Assembly: GCF_006345805.1 (NCBI RefSeq)
Contig: NC_043000.1
Span: 73,222,001 to 73,286,000 of the forward strand
DNA length: 64,000 nt
Direction: 5' to 3'
From: Octopus sinensis
Taxonomy: Eukaryota
The position numbers and the translations under genes were made by a program. The notes under the pieces were generated by a model. The model saw nothing but the letters and a program-made list of their open reading frames with translations. It was not told the origin of the DNA and did not search any database. Shown here in pieces: positions 37,519 to 46,899 of this stretch (its first letter is position 1; each line of letters starts with the position of its first letter).

Positions 37519-37920
37519 CTAGCTAAAGGTGACCCGGTCTACACGCGGGTAAGAGTGTGGTTGTTACTTTCTGTTGCTTCCTTTCTGTTTTTTATCACCA
37601 CATTCTCCCTCTTTGTTTCTCTCTCCTTTCTCTCTCACTTTCCCACTCTCTTACTCTTCCTTTCTCTCGGACTTTCCCTTGCTTTCTCTTACTCTCTATA
37701 TTTCTCTATCTATCTCTCTCCCATTTATAAACAACAAAAGATCTTGAGTGAGTTGAGAAAGAAAAATATTTTGAAAGATCAATCATAAATATCAGGCAGT
37801 GACAACGGAAAGGTCTGCTTCAAAGCAGACAGCAAAACACTAACATTTAAAAGGGACAGATGAACTTGCGAGCTGAATAAAAATAAAAAAAATATAGGAA
37901 ACCAAAGTTTGAAGGGATAG
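37519..37920 (-). mobile_element. Helitron unit 2, 3' ~400 bp, abutting unit 1 head-to-tail
   Basis: Direct repeat of 35469-35860; hairpin cccgcgtgtagaccggg, then 11 nt, then CTAG. Confidence 0.65.
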
Positions 37921-39584
37921 GTTAGAAACGATCGTATACTGCAAATACACAATATTAGGTAAATCTACAAGGGGTGATGTTACTGTTACTAAGGTCGTTA
38001 CCATTACTTGCTAAACTTGGAGTAAAAGAATATGGGTTATGAGCATGGCCATAAGGGATTATGCCATCGGATTCTGACATTGAAGGGTTAGGGATAGGTA
38101 GTATAACAGGTTGGTTATCAGTACTACTGTGTGCGTTGTATTCATTTACCATATCAATAACAAGAAATGACGTGCGTTGGCTAGAATTAAGGTTAGTGGA
38201 ATGTGTGTCAGAGTTGTGGATGACCATGCAAAGGAGAGGTGACGAGAATGGCTCCTTTAGTACACCACACGGTAGATACAATAAATGCAAAATGGATGAA
38301 TGAGTATAAGTGCCAGAAGGAAAAGTGAGACACAACCGAGTAGAATATTTAAGAGAAGATTTTATTGATAGATTAACGTGTATGCGTCATATATACATAA
38401 TGTGTATGTAGAAACATGGATGTATGCATGTGCATTAAGTCCAGAGCATTGAAAGAGTCTATAATATGACGTTAGATGAATGTACAGACACAAGGATGAT
38501 AAATACCAGTTCGTAGTCAAGGTACATGATAGTTGAAGTGCTGTATCAAGAAGTTGAGGCTGCAATGCAGAGCCAGTTGAAGCACATGTCATGCGTGAAG
38601 CTGTGGCTACTATGCAGAGTCGGTTACTTGGTACAGAAGGTTCTTGCAGGATGTGTTTGCTGTTAACCATGGTGAAGTAATTCATTAACAGTATTGAGAT
38701 AGAACCTGTGCGAGGGTTGCTGGTTGCTGTGTACATAGAAAGATGTTGTTGATGACGTTAAGGGGTCAGAGGCGACAAAGATGGAGGTCCTGAATGCTGC
38801 TGGATGAAGTTAATGAGTCTCCATGTGGCTGCTGTTGTGTTGTCACTGGAACTGGCTGTGTGATCTGTGGTCTGTGGTCAGTGGTTAGATCTCAAAAGGT
38901 CTAGAACTGAAAGATGAAAGACGGTGTAAAGCTAGCGTTTTATACTGTACTATTGGCTCACCGGAAGTTTGGAAGAGACTGTCTATGTAACCTTGTCAGA
39001 AGGCTGCAATTGGTTGAGTTGGATATTGGCGTGCAATAGAGCAAGAGACAAACTGCGCCAATACCACCATTGACTTCAAGTATGTAATTTCCACCAATAA
39101 CTCAGGCTCCTTTTATTGAACCTGGTCGCAGTTCATTTGTTTTTGCTCAGCATCTGGTGGTCGTTTAGAGGTGCTCTGTGTCAAAAAATATCATTCGTTG
39201 CAGACGTTCTCACTACATCATTCACATGCCCCTGACGGGCTCAGAGGTTACAGCCTGAGTTGATATCTTTAATTGTATATATTGAAAGTAACCCAAATTC
39301 AATGTTTTATTGAAACAATATATTTCTATAGAGATTAGGATTTAAATTCTAGTCTATGAAAATTTCCATTCTACAATATTCTTAAAGGAACGAAAAATTA
39401 TCCAGCAACTAGGGCTAATATGAATGAGCCTGGTAGGAGCAAAAAACTAACTGGCATCTCTGGTCAATAGTACAGGCGACAGTCAGATAGCTGATGTTTG
39501 TTGTGCACTTGCTGCTATTCTGTGCACCTGTGTGTAAACATCAGTAGTGTCTTGCAGGGTTGCTTTATTTTTACCTTAACTTAG

Positions 39585-41100
39585 AAATGGAGAAAGGCAT
39601 AGTGCTAGATATAAAGTAAATAAGCCATTTGGGGCTAGAAGTACTGCCATAAAATGTGAAATTCTTCGAGGTGAAATCTCTGATGAGCCCAAGTGACGCT
39701 GATGACTTGGAGTCACCACTGATATATATATATATATATATTTTATAAAATCTGTTCTGTCTGTCTGTGCATGTATCTTCTAGGATCTCGGGCAGGGAGG
39801 AAGTGAATGTAAAATAAAAACCAATCACACTAAAGGAAGTGCCCAAGAATGGCCACAGCCTCTCACGCACAAAAAAGATTGTCCTGATATATTTCATAGC
39901 TCATTGGCTAGTCAATAGATACATGTTTTCCTCTTACGTGAATCACCATATATAATCCCTAATTCAATTTCAGTGCTTCATCAACCAGGCTTTTGATGAT
40001 TATTAATGGTACTATGGAAATGAATTGATTTCGGCAAGGAATTAAAAATGGGACTTTGCTCCCTGGGATCTTGTCTGTTCAAGTATGATGTACACTTTTT
40101 ATGTATGAATTAAGTAGTTGGTCTAAAATTTCGCTATTAAAAGTAATAGTGTCAACAGTAAATCAGTTTTGTTGACCTACATTGTTTTCTTAGACATGAA
40201 GTCGAATTTTATTACAGTGGAGTGTAATTTTCTGAATACTTAAGTATGTTGCTAAAACTTATTTTATTGATACTGGGAGTATGAAAGATGAAGTTTATTG
40301 CAAGGATATTTGAAGATAAAGGGATAAAATTAAATACTTGAAATCATCTGAGCAGGTAATCTTTTGACTTTGTCTACTAATTTATCTAATATTTGCTATG
40401 TTGTAATATACATTGATGTAATTTGTGTTAGGTAGCATTCTTGTGTTAACAACTGCAAAACATCTGGGTGAATTTTTCAAATGTTAATTATTTTTTGTCT
40501 GTCAGTTACCTCTTACAACTCTTTATATTTCATTGGTAATACTAATAAGAATGAAAATGAAATGTTAAATGACTGTGTGGATAGTAAATAGGTTAGCTAT
40601 TATAAATAAGCATCCCTATTATACTTTGTAACTAAAATGTTCAAATGTCAATGAGTCAGAAATATATTTCATAATTATTTATTTGGTTCTTTCTGTTTCC
40701 TAGGTTTATATTCAAGTTTCTCTTTGCCAACTGTTTTACATTTATTGCCTGTAAGTAAAGTTTTACTTTTTATTTTCTCTGAGATTGAGCATGGTAGATA
40801 TCAAATTATGGAACTTGCAAGCAGTCGTGCTATAAGCCTAACCTATAGACATTTGTTTGTTCATTCATTAAACTTTCATTTTTCCATGATAGTGTAAGTT
40901 TGGGCACATTTGAAATACAATTATGCAGTTAGATTCTTATTTCTCAAAGGATTTTGTCATCCCACAGGTTTTTGAGAGGACAAAGGGACCACTCATAATG
41001 TCGACCATTTCACACAAGCAAAGCTGTGGAATATCAATATTCATGCTTATTTGCACTCATACAGGAGTTGGACAAAATAATGGAAACACCTAGTATCATA
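39585..41100 (+). ncRNA. Candidate spliced non-coding gene (micro-exons with short structured introns)
   Basis: AG/GT-bounded segments at 39585-39615, 39784-39802, 40194-40243, 40506-40535 and 40704-40750, plus an acceptor at 40967. The 50-nt segment has stops in all three frames. No expression evidence. Confidence 0.3.
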
Positions 41101-41119
41101 GCATCATAATAATTATATA

Positions 41120-42237
41120 TATCATCATCATCATCATCATCGTTTAACGTCCACTTTCCATGCTAGCATGTGTTGGATGATTTTGACTGAGGGCTGGCGA
41201 ACCAGATGGCTGCATCAGGCTCCAATCTTGATTTGGCAGAGTTTCTACAGCTGGATGCCCTTCCTAATACCAACCACTCCGAGAGTGTAGTGGGTGCTTT
41301 TTATATGCCACCGGCACAGGAGCCAGTTAGGCGGTACTGGCAACGACCTTAATCGAATCCTTTTACGCATGCCACCAGCACAGGTGCCAGTAAGGCAACG
41401 TTGGTAACGATCATGCTCAAATGGTGCCCTTTTATGTGCCACTGGCACGGAAGCCAGTTGTCTGCTCTGGCAACGATCATGCTTGGATGGTGCTCTTGGC
41501 CCCCTATTAGCATGGGCACAAGTGCCAGTAAGGCGACACTGGTAACAATCACGCTCAAATGGTGCCCTTTAAGTGCCACTGGCATGGAAGCCGGTTAGCC
41601 GCTCTGACAATGCTCACGCTCGTATGGTGCTCTTTGCACCCCACTAGCACGGACGCCAGTCATTTGATTTTGATTTTGCTTTTGATTGATTTCACTTGCC
41701 TCAACAGGTCTTTGCAAGCAGAGTGTTAGTGTCCAAAGAAGGAAAAGGTATGCATAAGTGGGCTGGTTACACCCCTGGCGTAGGCCATGAGATAATGGTT
41801 TCATTTGACTTGCCGGGTCTTCTCACACACGGCATATTTCCAGAGGTCTCGGTCACTTGTCACTTCCTTGGTGAGGCCTAAATTTCGAAGGTCGTGCTTC
41901 ACCACTTCATCGCAGGTCTTCCTGGGTCTACCTCTTCCACAGGTTCCCTCAACCACTAAGGTGTGGGACTTTTTCACACAGCTGTCCTCATCCATTCTTG
42001 CCAGATGACCATACCAGCGTAGTCATCTCTCTTGCATACCACATCTGATGCTTCTTAGGTCCAACTTTTCTTTCAAAGTATGTCGAGTATGCACACTGAC
42101 ATTACACATCCATTGGATCATACTGGCTTCATTCCTTGCGAGCTTATGCATATCCTCAACAGTCACAGCCCATGTTTCACTGCCATGTAGCATGGCTGTT
42201 CGTACACAAGCGTCATACAGTCTACCTTTTACTCTGA
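41120..42237 (-). mobile_element. RTE LINE 3' end (ORF C-terminus, repeat-rich 3' UTR, (GAT)n tail)
   Basis: GTCGRGRPRKT.DEVVKHDLR.LGLT...DRDLWKYAV.EKTRQ continues into the UTR that is shared by the short copies. Confidence 0.88.
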
Positions 42238-42258
42238 GTGATATATATATATATATTT

Positions 42259-42305
<47 letters not shown>

Positions 42306-42332
42306 ATCAAATAAATATATGTGTATGTATAC

Positions 42333-42371
<39 letters not shown>

Positions 42372-42589
42372 ATACATACACATATATTTATTTGATTAAT
42401 ACAGAAGATAGAGGGTACCGGAGGCTTTACTTAGGACAACAATCATTTCAGCTCCCCACCAGGTGGTGAGTAATGTAATGGAATTGAACACTACAAGGAA
42501 CATTCCCATAACAACGTTTGGATATTACACTTTAAAGTCTCCTACCTAAACTATAATTTAAAATGCAACTTACTTATATATTATCATCA

Positions 42590-42720
42590 TCATTTATCAT
42601 CTGCTCTCCATGTTGGCATGGGTTAGATAGTTTGGTTGGAGCTAATACGCTGGAGAGCTACACCAGATTCCAGCCTGATTTGACATGGTCTCTACATTCA
42701 TGATTTTTCAAGAGCTTCTA
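42590..42720 (-). mobile_element. Short diverged RTE 3' tail copy
   Basis: atcatcat...ctccatgttggcatgggttagatag. Confidence 0.5.
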
Positions 42721-42782
42721 CTGCATAACTAGGTTAAAGTAGTTGCAACTAGAAATCAAAAACTGTTACCTCACTCATATAG

Positions 42783-43130
42783 GTGCAGGCATGGCTGCGT
42801 GATAAGAAGTTTGCTTCCTAGACGTAGTTTTTGGTTCAGTCTCACTGCATGGCACATTGGGAAATTAACCAGATGCTGACCAAAGGCTTGCGGGTGGATT
42901 TGGTAGACTGAAACTGAAAGAAGCCCACCGTATGTGTGTGTGTGTGTGTGTGAGTCTGTGTTAGTCCCCCTACCACTGCTTAACAACTACTGTTGGTTTG
43001 TCTATGTTCCTGTAACTTAGTGGTTCAGCAAAAGAGACTGGCAGAATAAGTACCAGGCTTTTAAAAAATATAAGTACTGGGTTCTATTCGTTCAACTAAA
43101 AGTTTTTGAAGGTGGTGCCCCAGTATGAAT
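42783..43130 (+). mobile_element. tRNA-derived SINE with internal (GT)n
   Basis: gcaggcatggctgcgtgataagaagtttgcttcc...ggttcagt head; gtggatttggtagac.gaaactgaaagaagccc; cttagtggttcagcaaaagagac..agaataagtac. Confidence 0.7.
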
Positions 43131-43290
43131 TTCATTGCATGAAGTTCGAAATAGTATTTTTTCTTAACCCACTGTACATCGACATTTTCAATTTGGAGTG
43201 GTTGTGACCCAATGGGTCACAATGGGTACATCTAGTATATATACATATATATATAATAATAATAACAATAATCCTTGGATTGAGTTTATT

Positions 43291-43576
43291 TTAAGATCAC
43301 AGTCTGTATTCCTGGGATGATTACAGTGTAGTCCGTAGTATCCATGGGCATCTGGTTAATCATCCTGATAGATTCATTTCTTCAGGCAATATAACATTAA
43401 TGAAAGTACAATAGAAGGATACTTATCCCTTTTGATCAGTCAAAAGTGATAAGCAGCCCTCTCTTGTACATCCATTAACGCCTGAAGAAATGAATCCATA
43501 AAGATGATCAACCCAATGCCCATGGATACTACAGGCTACACTGCAATCATCCCAGGAATACAGACTGTGATCTTAA
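43291..43576. mobile_element. MITE-like element with ~97-bp TIRs, bounded by TTAA
   Basis: 43291-43387 is the reverse complement of 43480-43576, with a 92-bp spacer. Confidence 0.75.
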
Positions 43577-43689
43577 GAGACATGATTTATGGAGATGCAC
43601 ATAGTGAAGCATTAAATGTTAATATATTCCATCCAATGATTATTGTTATTATTATTATTATATTTATCCTGAAGATGGCAAGCTAACAG

Positions 43690-43900
43690 AATCATTAACA
43701 TCCAGGGCGAAATGTCTAGCGGTATTTTGGCTGCCACTACATGCTGAGTTCAAATTCTATTGAGGTTAACATTGCCTTTCATCTTTTTGGGGTCGATAAA
43801 TTAACTACCAGTGAAATACTGAGGTCAATGTAATCGACTTAATCTCTCCCCCAAAATATCAGGCCTTGTACCTACTGTAGAAAAGATTATCATATTTATT
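43690..43900 (+). mobile_element. tRNA-derived SINE, second family
   Basis: cagaatcattaacatccagggcgaaatg...gctgagttcaaattc...gcctttcatc...ggggtcgataaa. Confidence 0.55.
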
Positions 43901-44334
43901 CTGCATTATATCAGTACACTTCAATGCAACCCCAAATAACTGGTCCACCAGTCAGCATCATTAGACTGTGGCTGGCATGATGGAATGGGAGCTTTATTTC
44001 CATTTCTAAACGTTTCCCATGAACAAATTTAATATATATATATATATGGGGGGGGGGTGTAATAAGTTCAAAAGAGAACAGTTCAAACTTTTTGAGAGGC
44101 CCAAAAAGAGAGAAAGAATGATTTCTAATAAAGATTCATCATATTCATAAAAACAGCCAGAGCAAGTAATAAGAATATGAAAATAATAGTTCAAAAATAT
44201 CGTTATAGGTATAAATATACCACAAACAGTTATAGAAAAATGGAGAAAAAGATGTTGCATCAAAATTAGATTTAATACAAAATAGGATTCAATACATACA
44301 TGCATTTCAAAGAATAATACAAATATACTCTCTC

Positions 44335-44745
44335 TCTTTTACTCTTTTACTCGTTTCAGTCATTTGACTGCGGCCATGCTGGAGCACCACCTTTAGTCGA
44401 GCAAATCAACCCCGGGACTTATTATTTGTAAGCCCAGTACTTATTCTATCAGTCTCTTTTGCTGAACCGCTAAGTAACGGGGACGTAAATACACCAGCAT
44501 CGGTTGTCAAGCAATGCTAGGGGGATAAACACAGACACACAAACACACACACATACACACACATATATAAATACATATATACGACAGGCTTCTTTCTGTT
44601 TCCATCTACCAAATCCACTCACAAGGCATTGGTCGGCTCGGGGCTATAACAGAAGACACTTGCCCAAGATACCACGCAGTGGCACTGAACCCGGAAATAT
44701 GTGGTTGGTTAGCAAGCTACTTACCACACAGCCACTCCTGCGCCT
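44335..44745 (-). mobile_element. tRNA-derived SINE (same family as 42783), reverse orientation
   Basis: Reverse complement of the 42783 SINE, including the aaagagtaaaagagag-type tail. Confidence 0.8.
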
Positions 44746-44963
44746 ATGTAAGAAAAAAATTACAATCATAGTAATTATAATTAAATTCATGCATTGTCAT
44801 TTTCATCAGTGTGAGGAATTTTTGTAAGGACATTAAAAAAGGTTTAATAAAATAAAGTAAATTAAAATAAGATACAATAAGGCAGAATACAAATGGGGTA
44901 ATAGGGAAAAAATTGGATATTTATAAGTAATGCAGTTCAATATTCAAGAGATGAGGAATTATG

Positions 44964-45540
44964 TACATTATTTACATTTGACGGATATTTGTCCTCATTT
45001 TGGTCATATTCTCTCCTATTGGTGGTTTTACTTGCAGGAGATATTTACAATGCTTTGCAAATATCTCCTTCGAGTAAAACCACCAATAGAAGAGAATATG
45101 ACTAAAGACTGCGTGTACTCCATCCCATGCAGCTGTGGTAGGTTATACAAATGCGAAACATGCCGCCCCCTCAAAATAAGGGTAGATGAACATCGCAAAG
45201 CTGTGACACAAGGAGATATTGATAAATCGGGTATAGCTGTTCAAGTATGGAAAAATGGAGACCACCTCCCCATGTGGGATGAAGTTAAAATAATAGACAG
45301 AGAACACCACTGGAAAATACGAAAACTAAAAGAAGCAGTGCATGTGCTAGGACACAACAACCTCCTAAGCAGACCGAGTGCAGATATGAGCAGCATATAG
45401 GAACTGGTATTAAGGAAGGATAGGAGAATATTAGATTTATAAGCCCTAAAATTCACTCCATAATTGCCCACGACGTAGTGGTTAAGAACATGGGCTACTA
45501 CCCCAACATTCTGGGTTTGATTCCAAGCTGTGACCTGAAC

Positions 45541-45577
<37 letters not shown>

Positions 45578-45720
45578 TGAAAAATACCTTAGTAATGAGA
45601 ACCCAGGTTCGAAATTTCCCCAAGACACCTGAAGAAGGCTGGAGAGTATATCAGCCGAAACGTTGTGTTAATAACAAACAAGATGAGGACAAATATCCAT
45701 TGAATGTAAATAATGTAAAT
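44964..45720 (+). mobile_element. 5'-truncated Penelope-like element (GIY-YIG plus pLTR) with an inverted 5' segment
   Basis: CVYSIPCSCGRLYKCET.RPLKIRVDEHRKA...HWKIRKLKEA; homologous to 26560-26810. Confidence 0.88.
45624..45669 (+). ncRNA. Minimal type I hammerhead ribozyme motif in the Penelope pLTR
   Basis: gacac-CUGAAGA-A-GGCUG(loop)CAGCC-GAAAC-GUU-guguu: 5-bp helix I, 5-bp helix II and palindromic ACGU helix III. Confidence 0.7.
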
Positions 45721-46199
45721 AATTTACAAACAAGTTGTTAAAGGGAAAAAATAACAGTAGTAATAATAAGAGTTGAAAGAGAAAAAAGACAGAAATGTCA
45801 ATGTGTATGCACGTCTATATGTGCAGTAAATTATAACATAAAAATGTGAATAAAAATTTAACGGATATGTTTAAAAAATGGTAACGTGTCAAGAAAAAGT
45901 ATAATAAACAGGGCAGTAGAATATAAAGTATAGAGAGTTATACATATACATATTAATATTGAAAAGCCAAAAAAAATATTTTACACGAGGCTAAAAGTGA
46001 TAAGCAAAACAATGTTTGAGAAAAGTTACAATATTTAAGTAAAAATGTACATACAAGCAGAGGTAAAAACCAAAGTGAACCTAACAAGTAAAAAACATCG
46101 ATCACAGACAAGACTGGCTAGTGTATTCAAGATTGTTACTTTACTCAAAAACTAATTTTGGGAAAAAAACGAATATTTGAAGGACAAAATTATAAAATT

Positions 46200-46410
46200 A
46201 CAAGTGAGAGAAAACGTATACACTTAACACTTGTCAAAACATGTATGGCCTTCATCCATCCAGAGTTTAACAACTGTCTCCTGTACCTCAAAGTATCCAG
46301 TATTAATCTAAAACCTTTTGGAAAGATGTGAGGTGATATGACATGACCTTCATTACACACTACTTCTAAAGCCATCACAATTGCTAAAAACTTAGTGTAG
46401 ATCACTAAGG
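46200..46410 (-). pseudogene. Tc1/mariner-superfamily transposase fragment
   Basis: VMALEVVCNEGHVISPHIFPKGFR resembles the VM.LGVVS.EG.VMPP.FF motif. Confidence 0.5.
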
Positions 46411-46899
46411 GAACATCAGAAAGATCTGCACATAACCATCTGTCATTTCTCCTATTAGACTTTTGATCTTAGTAGAAGTTTTTCTCATTAAAAAAGAACG
46501 AAAGTATGCCATGTTCATGAGGGTTTTTAACCTTGTTAGCTAAAAGCTTGGCACAGATCAAATGGTTTTTACTGTGCCTTTGCAGACATGAATTAGACAT
46601 GGTTTGTAAGAATTGTTCTCATGCATCACAATTCTGAAAGTCCATTCCAACACCAATGGCCTTTATTGATTTCCCAGTATCATCATCAATAACATTTTTA
46701 ATCTTTTGGATAAATTGCAGTGTCCTTATAGTAACCAAACATTTAAAATGTTCTTCTCTCTTTGATATAATTGAAATATTTCTTCCAGTGTTTCAGTTCC
46801 ACCTGAATTTTCTGTAGAAAAGATCTTGCTCAAATTATAAAATTGACACTTTCTGAATTACTGTGTTCAGCACATATGGCAGCATTTTATCTGACATGG

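Noticed and set aside
37955-38736. Two minus-strand ORFs of 124-126 aa in non-microsatellite DNA
   Set aside because: No recognisable motif and not in a continuous frame; cannot be supported as coding.
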